The notes under the pieces were generated by a model that was given only the letters and a program-made list of their open reading frames with translations, made no database searches and had not been told where the DNA came from. Position numbers and translations under genes: made by a program. Of a DNA stretch of 64,000 bases, positions 1 to 11,750 are shown piece by piece (within the stretch, counting starts at the first letter, position 1; every line of letters begins with the position of its first letter). Source of the stretch: Zygnema circumcarinatum SAG 698-1b (Eukaryota > Plantae > Zygnematophyceae). The stretch covers positions 3,877,361 to 3,941,360 of the forward strand of contig CM074805.1 of assembly GCA_037447605.1 (NCBI GenBank). The letters are read 5' to 3'.

Positions 1-299
1 TTGCCACGGAGTTTGTCCGTTGGTGCATTAGAAGTTTCCACAAGGTGCTGTTTCTCAAGAAAGGAAGGGGGTGGAACTGGGAGGCTGCCTTCGAGTCATG
101 ATTCAGCTGACTCGGATGTTTCTGCTGTGAGCAGGAGGAGGTGCACAAGAAACTCGCAGAAAGGAAAGTAGCGTTTGAGGCAAGGGACAAGGCTCGAATT
201 GAGCGGTGGAATGCTGCGAAAAGTCGTGCGGATGAATGGCAGTTATTCTTGCAAAACAACGGTGGCACAACCTCTAAAGTGGCAGAAGCTCAGCAATGA
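1..299 (+). CDS. 3' end of an unidentified protein-coding gene (partial)
   Basis: Exon 1-44 (..ATEFVRWCIRSFHK), a GT-AG intron at 45-134, and exon 135-299 (EEVHKKLAERKVAFEARDKARIERWNAAK..QQ*) join in frame. I do not recognise the family. Confidence 0.6.
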
Positions 300-1239
300 T
301 CACTAACATGTATTATCAACAGGATATGTTATAGAGGTTTTCTCAATTTCCTTCTAGTGCTGGGACCCAGAGGGAAGCACTGAGGAAGAAGAAGCAGCAT
401 GCCACTAAATCTATCAAAGTTGGAGCGTTTGAACAGATTTTTGGACAGGATGTATCCTCCGCTACTCCCGAATCCTTTCCCCAATGCTCCCAAGGAGTTC
501 TCCAGAGGGTATCAACTCCTCACGTCCCGGTTTCGGTAGAACCAAACCTGTTTTTGGAGCTTCTGTCAGTAGCCAGCCAGTCCCTTGAGGAGATCACCCC
601 CAGGCTACGGCTGTACTCCTGTAACCTGCGTCTCTTGGGGCGTTATTTACCCTCCAGTGCTCCGGACATTATATTGCAGAAGTTTTGCCGTTAAGAATTC
701 AGCTGACGTCTTTTAAGACATTCAAACTTATTTTTTTGCGCTCCTGTAAAGGACAAACTAGGCTTAGTTCAGAACGCTCTCATAGTGTCAGCCTCCTCTA
801 TGTGGATAGCTTAGGCTTTGGGACAAATTAAAGGCCAAGGGAAATCTGGAATGTTGTAGCGTTGCTAATTGCCAATGGTGTAGGGCCCTATGGGCGCACA
901 TTGGCTGGGGGGATGCTCCTGTCAATTGCGGACTCTGTCGCTGAATTCTTAAAAAAGGGAGTTGGTAGTGGTCCTGGTACGGATGCACATTCTGCTGGTG
1001 AGGCGCGTTCGGCGACATCATAGTGGGCATGGCTTCACGATGTACTCAGTTTTTTGAATGTGGTAAATATTTACATTATTATGGACGCGCTCACGGTTTT
1101 TGTGAAGTCAATGGACGTAAGCGCCGCCGTCCGTCCATTTTCTGCCCCATCTCGTGCAAGGGCTGATGTCATCAAACCGCAAGTTTTCCCCTCATTTTGC
1201 GGGAATGGCGTCAGCAAGCCGCAAGTTTTTCACAGCTCG

Positions 1240-1356
1240 AACCATTGGATAGGCAACCATTGGACAACCATTCGATGGCAATGGTTGGACGTCCAATGGT
1301 TGCCAACCATTGGCATCCACTGATTCCGAACCATTCGACTTTGCCAACCATTGGCG
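1240..1356. repeat. Cluster of AACCATT(G/C)G / CAATGGTT motifs in both orientations, upstream of PUX2
   Basis: About 8 copies in ~117 bp. The same motif forms the array at 46190-46430. Confidence 0.85.
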
Positions 1357-1660
1357 CGGGAATTGCCAGTGAACGAAATCTTACGAACAAGAAAGTTTCG
1401 GAAGTACTCCGCCGCACCAGAATCGCGATGTCGCCAGAGTACTCGTTCTGGTCTCAAACTTACGATCAACTTTTGTCTGACACCCCCTAATGGTCCGACC
1501 CGTAAAGATTTTTTCCTCCTTTCCCGAGTGCTGATGTCGGTAATCCGCAAGTTTTTCCCCTCCGCGGAGACACGACCTGAGGCCTGCAACTAGTTGCGCT
1601 TCCGCTCGCTGCCGAGTTATCTGGTGGAGAGGCAGAGTTCTGTGGGGTGGAGGAGCAGCC

Positions 1661-4292
1661 ATGGACGACATCCAGAAGCAGGCGAAGGAGATTATGAACA
1701 AAATTGCCAACCCTTTCAAGCCCAAGTTCAAGGGTCAGGGCCACCGCTTAGGCAGTGCAGACGGCTCGTCGGCTTCAGCGTCAACCCCTTCAAAGGGGGG
1801 GGCTGCTGGGAGGCCTTCAGCCAGCAGTGCGAGAGGAGTGGCATCTCATGGCGCCGCAGGCAGTGGAGACTTGCCTTCCAGAGAGAAGGTTAGACAGGAA
1901 TTTGGTGGAGTACAGCGAGGCAGTGGCTCTCAGCCAGCAAAAAACACTCGCACTGAAAGCCAGGGGGTTGTAAGGAATGATGTTGGAGCTCAGAGTGTTC
2001 CTGTGAAGACTGTCGGAAGTATTTTGCAGGAACGTGAAGCAGGGGTCCGATCACATGAGGAGCGTGGACCTTTTAGTCCGTTTAGGCCTGATATAGCATC
2101 TGCTGGAGCAGCGGGGGGAGGGATGGTCGGCTTTTCCAGCATGGAGCCTCCTGCATCTGGAAAGGTTCGGGAGGGTCCTCAGAACGATCAGCGTTATCAG
2201 TGCCCCGTTTGCCAAGAATGTTGGAATTCCGAGGTTGAGGTTGCCATGCACGTGGACGAGTGTCTCTCCAGAAAATTGGCGGAGGGAGGAAATGCGCAGG
2301 AGATCGCCAGCGGAGAAAGCAAGATGTCAAGCATAGGGAGTAACGACCTTGCTAGGGGGATACGTAGCAGTTCTGAGTTGACAGCGGACAGGGAAAAGGT
2401 AGAGGGCCACGTAGGTGAGAGAAGAGGATTTTGGGAGATTCATCAAGCAGCAGCAACAATCATCTCTGCTGCACCTCAGCAGGCCTCGTTGGAGATTTTG
2501 GTCAAAATTTTGAGGAACATCAGCAACGAGCCATCGCTAGAGAAGTTCCGGCGTCTCCGGATGGGCAATCCGAAGATAGCTGAGTTGGTGGGAAGAGCTG
2601 TTGGAGCCATGGAACTTTTGCAAGCCGTTGGATTTGAGCTCACTGAGGAGGGTGGGCAGGGGGCTGAGAAGGAGGTGGTAGCAGTGATGAAGCAGCCTGA
2701 TGAAAATCAGTTAACAGGTATAAACGAAGCTGTGCACCTCTTGGAACTGCAGCTTCCGAAACCGCTGACAGTCCAGACAACTGAGTCGAGTTCAGGAACT
2801 CCAATGTTTTCATTAGTCAAATCAAATTCGGCATCAGGCCAAAGCTCCAGAGGCGAAAGCGGCACGGCCGGGTCGGTGGCTGCCGTACCATCTGCAAAGC
2901 CCTCCGTGCTAGCAAGGAAAAGGGACAGAAAGGTGTGCATACTTGCTGTGACTCTTAGCCAGTTTTCGCACAGCTGCCTTAGGGTTGGTCTGCTCGCTTC
3001 AATATGTGCAAAAATGAAACTTACTCGAGTGGAGGGGTGAGCATTGGTTCAAGGGCTGGTAATGCTGAGTCAAGGTGCATTTAGACTATATTGAACCTCC
3101 AGTGATGAATGCAAGTGCAAGCAAGCGGGCATTTTATCGTCCTGAGAGAAAATGACAGTGACTTGCAAGTAGCAGCCTGAGTTGGACTTTTTTATCCTGG
3201 TGTGGACAGTTGCGCGTGTTCTTGCCATCACCTGAGAATATGGCGGCCCGCATAGAGGTTCCCGATTCGTTTTTTGTACGCTCGGCTGAAGAAGTTCGTA
3301 ATGAGGTTCTGGCTCGAAAGAAACAATTGGAAAATTCACAGGTACTTGTTACAAGGGCCTGGAGAGAGAAGCAGGCAGCTGCTAGTAAACGGCGCTATTC
3401 AGCAGCCATTTTGCGGATCCAGCTTCCAGACATGCTTGTCCTGGAAGGCGTTTTCCATCCATCAGAGCCAACTTCTGCACTTTATGAGGTCTGTCTTCAC
3501 TCCCAGACGTGAATTCTAGTTGGCATGGTCTTGGTCTTGGTCTAAAAACCCTAAAAACCCTAAAAACCGTAAAAACCCTAAAAAGGGCTTTAGGTCTGGA
3601 ATGGATTCAGGCCCTTGCTCTGATTATCAATTTTATCGGGGGAAAGAATTGAAGGTAGCCAGCTTTCCTGTTAGTCTTTTTCTATCATTTGAAGGCTCCA
3701 TGCCACGAGTCATAATGATTGTTTTCAATCCTGAAGGTCGGACCATCGGGAAGTTGGTTGGCTTCCTTTTATTTTCTGTTTAAGCGAATCTGTGCTCTAT
3801 ATGTACAGCTAAATTTAGGTCATATAGTCCTTTCCCCTGTCTTCTTGATCGAGAGATGCACTAATTTCTCTCTCGTTGAGCACATAGACCGATTGATCTT
3901 GCCTCTCCTTAAACTTCCGGCCCAGTCACCATTAGCCAGTGGCATATTGGCATGCTTGTCTTGGAGAGCTCAAGTCAACCCACTCACTGCATCTTTGTGG
4001 CCGGTGGTGAATGGCCGGCCTTTGTGACTCGCAGTTTGTTGCAGAAGCTTTGCTGGACCCCTCTCAGGAGTTTCAGCTCTGCCACCCCATTCCCACTCGC
4101 AGTCCCTTCATCCCCTCTGTGGCGACCTCTAAAGCCGCCATTCCTACCTTGGAAGAGGCGGACTTGGTCCCGGCCTCGCTCATCAAGTTCCGGGCGGTCG
4201 ATATCGGGCCGGGAGGGTACACAGGGCTCAGGAAGGACCTCATTTTGCGGGCAGAGCCTCTCACCTCTACTCCATACCCGACCAGCCAGTGA
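1661..4292 (+). CDS. PUX2: Plant UBX-domain protein 2 (UBZ-like zinc finger + PUB + UBX; CDC48/p97 adaptor), ~602 aa
   Basis: Exons 1661-2932, 3210-3488 and 4035-4292, all GT-AG and phase 0. Motifs: N-terminal NPFKPKFKGQGHRLG, CPVC..MHVDECL zinc finger, PUB (LVKILRNISNEP..KFRRLRMGNPKI), UBX (ILRIQLPDMLVLEGVFHPSEPTSALYEFV) and C-terminal LVPASLIKFR..TGLRKDL. Confidence 0.93.
3542..3584 (+). repeat. Telomere-like 9-mer array (CTAAAAACC)x~5 in PUX2 intron 2
   Basis: Direct reading: CTAAAAACC x3, GTAAAAACC, CTAAAAA. Confidence 0.85.
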
Positions 4293-4386
4293 GGGGGCCG
4301 CGGCTGTACAGCAGGGTATATTATAGTCTTGGGGATATCCATGGGTTTTTTGTTCTTTTTTTTTGTTTTTTAATTTTTAATTGTTT

Positions 4387-4755
4387 GAAGGAATTGCGGC
4401 GTACAATAGTTTCTTTCCTGTATAGCTTTAGCCATTGGCTGCGTCGATTCCACTCGAAGAAGCCTGTGTATGATTGTAGGGATTTTCTTTACCGCTTTTT
4501 CGCAGTTTTGTCCTCCAAATAATGCTTTGACTCATTGGGGTTCGAAGAGTCAAGTTATTGAACTAACTTTGTTTCCTGTCCGCGTGACATTCTGCTAGTC
4601 ATTGTTATCAAAGTTGATATTCCAAATTGGTTTAAGGCTTATTGGTTGTGGAAGAAGAAGCACGCTTTTATATGTGGTTGCAATGTCTGTGCTTTGCAAG
4701 AGAAGTGGCCCTTCAAGCAAGCACCATGCTTGTCCTTTTTTGGCAATCAGATGTG
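4387..4755 (+). repeat. 369-bp dispersed direct repeat, copy 1 (downstream of the PUX2 stop)
   Basis: Aligns end to end with 8771-9139. Confidence 0.95.
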
Positions 4756-7353
4756 CATCTCTCTTTTGTTTCTTTTGCTTTTCATTTCCTGTCGACCACA
4801 CCCTCGTTTTTACATCTCAAACTACTTTTCCAGACATGCGAAATTACAGAACAAAGCCTACTTTGAAATTTACAGCACCAACTCCAGTTAAGGAGACAAT
4901 CTGGTTATTCTGATTTTTTTGCATTCTGCAGGACCTTTAAAAATGGCGTGAAGAGTCAGCTCACTTTATTTTCCACTCCGTTGGCACCGGAAAGAGGCGC
5001 GTGGTTTCTCAGTGGTAGTATCCCCCCCGCCTCTCCCATTCCGATATATCCAAAGTCCGGATTTCATTCCGCACCTCGACATGGAAGGCATTCGGAGAGG
5101 TTACGCTCTTACAAATAACACCACAGATTCGCCACTGATTGAAGAGAGTGGGTGCTGACTTGACGGTCAGCCACAACCCTAAAAAACCCTAAAATCCGCA
5201 TTGTGAAGGACAGTGTCGTAGAATGGATGTAGGCTGTATGGTGTGTATCAAGGTGAAGGGAGTCTCACTGCTCCTTTCGTTTATTATTTAAAAAAAAAAT
5301 GAGAATCATCATTTTTTACTGCATTTCATATTGCAAACCAGGTTTTGAAACATAAAGCGCAAAATTAAATAAATTTCATGTGAGGCGGATATTAGAAAAA
5401 GTCATTATAGAACCATGCGAACACATAAATTAGGGTGACACACGAGCGGATCTGTCACTCCGCTCATTGCCAGCTCTCTATCTACAAAGCTCGATACGTA
5501 ATTTCCGACCATCATAAAGACTACTGCAACAAAGATCACCACTATCGTCATATAATTTAGAGACCCAAAAGATCACAAAAGTTCACTGAATCCTCCCCAT
5601 ATTAGGGGGGGCTCAGACTTAGCACATGGCCAAATCAATTTCGTAAGCCTGTCGGGCGACAGGCTCGACTTAACTTCACTTTGCTAAATTCTTCTGCTCA
5701 AAAGTCTAAATTTAACCTTTCAGCAAGGCCACTTTGCTTTGCTGAAAGATTGAGAGAGGGTCCCACCTGTGAGAAAGGAATTCACCGCGTTTCCAACAAA
5801 ACGGGAGGTGGAAATTGAGCCATAGTAAACGTAAAGGCTGGTCGTGGATCCTTCAAAGTACCAACAGCCCTATGTCGTTTTCAACTCAGTGTATACTTCT
5901 AGAACATGCACTTCTGTGGGAATCACCTGTACTTTCGTTAATTGCTTTCTCCAGAGAAATGGATTACCGGAGCTGTTTAGTTGTTTGTCAATCCTGCACC
6001 ACAGGCTTGCAGTGTAGTGCATCTGGAAGGAAGACAAATGAATGGGCTTAACTCAGGAGCTGAATGGTCTATATCACCCTGCTTGTGTTTACAGACTGGG
6101 GAATGCATGCACGAATGCTGCCCTTATGTCGTTCGCCTGCTGAACCCTCGCGTTGTGGAAGTTCTGCCTCCTGAGCAGCTTGCCCGGAGCTTAGGTCTGC
6201 CTTGCTCGCTGGTTGAGCCCCCTCGCAAACCCATCTTACAGGAGCTGGCAATGGCTATGGTTGTTGGGCCACAGCTGACCTCGCTGCCAACCGTATGGGC
6301 TGACCAGTCCGTGGCCGTAAGCCTTTTGAACTTGAATTGAAACCTGATGAAGTCGACTCCCGGAGGCTTTGGGGGTTGGAAGGCAACAAGCAGGAGTGAT
6401 TCTGACAGAGGTGCATTCGGAGTATCCATCGTTATGCAAAATGCTACTGGCCGCTTTGCAGCCACAGCAGCCGCAGCTTGTCCGTGAGTCTGCAGTAGAA
6501 GTCCTCGCAGAGCTTGTAGCTGAAGTGGACTTGCTGCCCGGGAGGAATGAAGCTGTCCGAGCGACTATAGCGGGTGGGTATTGTTGGTGTTCCATGGTGG
6601 TCTTATCTGCTTCGGTAAGCTGATTCAAGAAGTATGCATAACATTTGGGAAGGTTCTCCTTCACCGGGTCTTGCTTGCTAGAGCTTTTCTCAAATTCACG
6701 CTGCACAGTCTTATGGTTGGACCTGACATTCTACTGCCATTCACTTATCCGAACAGGTGGAGGGTGCATGAAGGGCATGCTCTCCAGTAACGCTTGTGCA
6801 GAAAGGTGAACTTTCGATGGTGGGGATTCGTTGCAGGTGTGGCCGCAGCAGGGACTGCAGCAGGTGTATGCAGTGAGGAGTTTAAAGTTCTTCTTCCCCT
6901 TTTGACGACCCTTGGGAGGGCAGAAGCTCCCCTGTTGGCATCTTTGCATTCATAAATCTATTATGTTTATGAATAAGGAGCTGCAGCTGCTGCAGTGGCT
7001 CGTGCAGCTCACGGCGGAAAGAACACTCGGGCGAGACCTGGCGGGAGCATCTTGAGGTCGTTTTCATGATCATGATCATCCGGGGAAAGGTCTCATGAAC
7101 TTAGTTTGAAATAGTTTTCTCAACGGGTTGATAGATGCCCTAGGTCGCTGGATCATTTGGACAACTCATGTGGTAGTAGAAACTGAAACATAGATCCGTG
7201 CTCCATGTCAATAGTGAAAAGGCTCTGATGTACTCACTCCCACGTGCTAGAATCAAACAAGGAAAGACAAGCTTGACTGATGATTTCTGTATGATAGGCA
7301 TAAGTTTGATTGATTCAATCAGCGACCGCCACCGTCATACGAGAAGTTACACG

Positions 7354-7777
7354 AGGGAGAGGGAGTGAGCGAGAGGAGCGAGAAGGAGAGAGAGGGAGGG
7401 AGAGGGAGAAGAGGGGAAAATGAGAGGGAGAGAGGGACAGTGAGAGAGGGAGAGAGGAAGAGAGAAATGGAGAGGGAGAGAGAGAGAGAGTCAGAGAGGG
7501 AGAGGGAAAGAGGAGAAAAAGAGAGGGAGTGAGGGACAGTGGGAGAGGGAGAGAGAGAGAGAGTCAGAGAGGGAGAGGGAAAGAGGAGAAAAAGAGAGGG
7601 AGTGAGGGACAGTGAGAGAGGGAGAGAGAGAGAAAAGGAGGGGGAGAGGGAGAGAGGAAGAGAGAAATGGAGAAGGGGAGAGAGAGAGTCAGAGAGGGAG
7701 AGGGAAAGAGGAGAAAAAGAGAGGGAGTGAAGGACAGTGGGAGAGGGAGCGAGAAAGAAAGGGAGGGGGAGAGGGAG
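7354..7777 (+). repeat. Polypurine (G/A) minisatellite with a higher-order unit
   Basis: The unit GAGTCAGAGAGGGAGAGGGAAAGAGGAGAAAAAGAGAGGGAGTG starts at 7488, 7561 and 7686. Confidence 0.9.
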
Positions 7778-8770
7778 GTTTGAGACGTGGTCTGGCTATG
7801 CAGGGAAGCCGGAGAGAACCCTAATTCAGCTCCAAACATGCCTAACTCTCATCGAAGTTAGTCTCTCGGACAGACCTTTATTGGTGGGAGAAGCCCTCCC
7901 CACAGCACAAAGGCGCTGAGGCCACAGCCAAAGCCAGCCTTCCATGCGGCGCTGTTCACATTCCCGTTATTTTCAACGGAGGGCGGAGAAGTGGCCGCCA
8001 TTGCAGGGAACTGGCAACGGAGGAGACTCCAAAGGTCGCCTTCGGCAGAGGTCCTCGGGACTGCTGCCGCAGGCGATGGCCACTTCCTCCTGCAGAGCCG
8101 CCTTCCTCGCAGCGAGGTGGGCTCTGAGGAAGATGTTGCTTAACTGAGTGTGGGTGTACGGAGACGTCATCATTGCTCCTCCCTCCCCCTTTTTCCCTCC
8201 CCTCCTTTTCTCCTTTTCTCTCCCCTCTCCCCTCTCCCCTCTCCCNNNNNNNNNNCCCCCCCCCCCCCCCCCTTCGGCGGCCAGGGAAGAAATCCACGCT
8301 CGACGAGTGGTCCTGTTTTTCTCAACCCAAAAAAAAAAACCATCAGTATATGGCTGCGAATGAGACTGCGGAAAACACTGACCGGAACATGACTGCTCAG
8401 TGCAAACAGAAAAAAACAAAAGAAGGAAACGGGGGGGAGGGGGGGGAGGAGAAAGGAAAAAACAAAGTCTTGCCAGCTGATTTTGAGGAGAGACGAGGGA
8501 GGAGGGAGGAGGGGGGAGGGAAGAGGGAAGATGGAGCCTCACTTCTTTCAGAAATGAATCAAAGCGCGTGATGTCCACATCGAAGCTCCCTTCAACCCGT
8601 GGCGAGAGGAGGGGCTGTGCGTGCAGCTCCACTTCCCCAACCGTACAAATTGAAAGGGCAGGAAGGCTGCTCCTCGCTGAGGTGCTTTCAGACCAACGGC
8701 ACGTTTTCTTACGACAAAGATTCCAGAAAGCCTGCAAATTTGCCCCTTACAAAATTTTCTATGATCTATT

Positions 8771-9139
8771 CAAGGACTTGTGGCGTACAGTATTGTTTTT
8801 CCTGTATAGCTTTAGCCATTGGCTGCGTCGATTCCACTTCGAAGAAGCCTGTGTATGATTGTAGGGATTTTCTTTACCGCTTTTTCGCAGTTTTGCCTCC
8901 AAATAATGCTTCGACTCATTGGGGTTCGAAGAGTCAAGTTATTGAACTAACTTTGTTTCCTGTCCGTGTGACATTCTGCTAGTCATTGTCATTAAAGTTA
9001 TTATTTCAACTTTGTTTAAGGCTTATTGGCTGTGGAAGAAGAAGCACTCCTCTATAGGTGGTTGCAATGTCTGTGCTTTGTAAGAGAAGTGGCTCTTCTA
9101 GCAAGCACCATGTTTGTCCTTGTTTGGCAATCAGATGTG
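8771..9139 (+). repeat. 369-bp dispersed direct repeat, copy 2
   Basis: Aligns with 4387-4755; the central ~190 bp is nearly identical. Confidence 0.95.
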
Positions 9140-10571
9140 TCTCACCGGAGGAATTTCCACTTTTATTGTAAGCCTTGTGGCCACAGCACTGCCTATGTGT
9201 ATGTGTCTAGGAGTTGTGCATGCCATTGTTTGCCCCACGCACTTTCCGATCATTGGCCAACCATGCGACCATCTGCGTGTTCGACTCATGCGCTCTAAAC
9301 TCTCGGTACTGTACGGACAGTGGCCTCCAGGGGCCAAAAATGTAAATATTCACAGGCGCGTCACATTTTTTCATTGGAAAAATGAAAAATGAAGACGCGA
9401 CGAGCGCCGTCGACCGCTCGGCCTACGTCCCGTCACACGCAGTTCCATGTTCCGTTCTATGCTGGAAATCGAACTGAGCTGAGATCTGGGACGGATGCGC
9501 CGCATAGAACGGCGCGCCGAAAGCTCCTGTCATGTCCCTGTCAGGGGCTCGCTTGCAGCCTCCGTTCGGGGCATTTCAGGGGGGGCAGAAGCTGCTGTAT
9601 TGCCTTGCCTGACTGTACGTTTTCAGCAGAAGCAGCAGCATTGGAAGGGCTTGGACAGGGACAGGGGTAAGGCTTCGTCGCAGGGTTTTGAGGGTGCGCT
9701 TTTTTCCTGTCTTTAAGGAATTTGAAGTGTTTATGGACTGCTTGCTAGTCTTGCTGCTCAGGTTGCAGGCTGGATTGACTGAAGGAGGTTTGATAAGAAA
9801 GATTGACGGGTGTGTGATGTAGACGGAGCATAATGACAAGCAGAACAGCGGACAAAGTAAACCGCCGTCAACTTGTTGGAGGGCATGAATTAAAAGGGTA
9901 AGGCCGCTAAGGAGATCAGCTGTCAGTAAGGGCTTGTAAATAGTGAGCTTGTTACTTAACGCAATCGAATCTGATTAATTCATAACAACTGAAGGTGAAT
10001 ATGTAGCATTTCATAATTTAGCAAGTCATATGCTTACATAAACCATTTTGACATCAACAGTATCCGCTTATAATCTGAACGCTTAATGCCAGGAGGGAAC
10101 TGTGGCTGCTGATTCACCTGTTGTAAGGATGGCTAGTAGCCATTGCCATGCAACTGTTGCGACAATGATAATTTCGTTGAATTATTACATTATGACTACA
10201 TTATTCCTTTCTCTGATTTGGACGTACAGCTTTGCAGGATTTCCCGTCCACCGCTTTCCTCATCCAATAAAAAAAGAGATAAAAATTTCTGCTGTGCGCA
10301 GGTATAATCTGCCCTCCTTTCAATCGCTGTTGCTTTACACATAGATTTTGCGAATGGGAGGTGTGCAGACTGGCGTGTCATCATCTGATCGGTGCCTTAC
10401 GTATGTGTAATAATTCTCTGTCTCCTATTTTTTTTCGGGAAACACCTCTCCGCACATCGATATACGAACTTGGTTTATGCCAAGAGTTTATTGAATGGAT
10501 ATTCCATTAACAAAGTATCTCAGCAGGAAACAATTCTGCTGGTGCTCTGCCGTATTGCGGTCATGCTTCAG

Positions 10572-11750
10572 GGTTATACCAATTTCATGACGAATCCAAT
10601 CTTCAAGCAAAAAGCAAGAGAGACCGTGGCGAGCTCAGCAGCAATAAGTAACTTCGATGAAGAATGCTCGGCATGTGTAAACTTAAAGAAGGAGCGAGAC
10701 CTCACATCAAAAGGATGGGAATTACAGTCGATGGTCACTAAGTATTTAGAGACCAGGATCACCAAGCTAGAGGCTGAGAATATCAAGCTACAGGCTAAGA
10801 ACAGCAAGTTAGAAGATGAAAACGAATACCTTCGAGAAAAGGCTGAGCTCCTTCCCACTGAACGTGAACAGGACCTGGATCCCCTGGAGAGGAAGCCGAT
10901 CATACTCCCAGCTTTCGACAAGGTACGTTACGATTAGCACAAAGAAGTTGTCAGGGTGTAGCCTTGAGCTGAAGGAACTTCATTGACGAAGTAGAGTGAG
11001 CGTTTGCTTGTGCAGGAAAACAAGCTACCACGTGTTCACGCTCGTACGCGATAACAATTTGTTCTTTGCGTCTTCAAAGAAATTGGTATGAATTTCATAC
11101 AGCTCCACCAACCGGTCTAAAAAATTGTTCAACAACGCTCTCCTCCAGAAAACTCTCGTATGCGTTTTTGCGCATGACCCTGAAACTCTGTGCTCTAACT
11201 CACCTCGCAGGTCGCTTGTAACTGGTCGCTTGCGTGCGCTTTTTGTCACTTTACAAATGCCCGAGATTAAGGTCTGCTCGTTCAGCTTCCCCCTCCTCGA
11301 GCACATGCTCGACCACCCTCAGACACAGGGGGGCATGTTTGGCTCATCACAAGGCTGCCTCCTCTCAGCTGTTGCCAACGGCAGTTCCGTGCTCCTTCCA
11401 AGGTTTCAGATTGCCGATGCGTTGATGGCCAGCGGCACAACACAACCGAGCTTTTCATAGGTGTTCTTTTTGCTATACCTTGCAGAATGCCTCGTCAGAA
11501 TTTCAGATTATCCTTTCTTTTGATAGACGGTTTTTATTGCATAGACTTCGGCAACGAAATGGGAACCGAAATTGACCTGAACGCCCTCCAGAGCAGTCTG
11601 CTTTGCTGAGTTTGAGCTGACATGTGTGTACCGAAATTTTGAGAGTGCAGTAACTAATAAATGCCATGGTGATTCCCTACGAGGGCATTGCAAAAAATGT
11701 GTTCTTTTTGTGGATTGCAACGATGTATTTTTTTTCTCTAAAATGTCGAC
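10572..11750 (+). pseudogene. Probable decayed multi-exon gene with a coiled-coil exon; family unknown
   Basis: A phase-0 exon at 10572-10922 is bounded by AG/GT and encodes CxxC plus a heptad coiled coil (ETRITKLEAENIKLQAKNSKLEDENEYLREK). Phase-compatible downstream exon-like blocks start at 11016, ~11211 and ~11487 but carry in-frame TAA/TGA stops. Confidence 0.35.

Noticed and set aside
4995-5070. tRNA-Asp-like string (AGTGGTAGTATCCCC..GCCTCTC)
   Set aside because: Only the D-arm and 5' anticodon side resemble a tRNA. There is no GGTTCGA T-loop or acceptor stem pairing, so it is at best a degraded relic.
7539-8571. Glu/Arg/Gly-rich and Leu/Ser/Pro-rich ORFs
   Set aside because: They arise from GA/CT simple repeats and run through an N gap.
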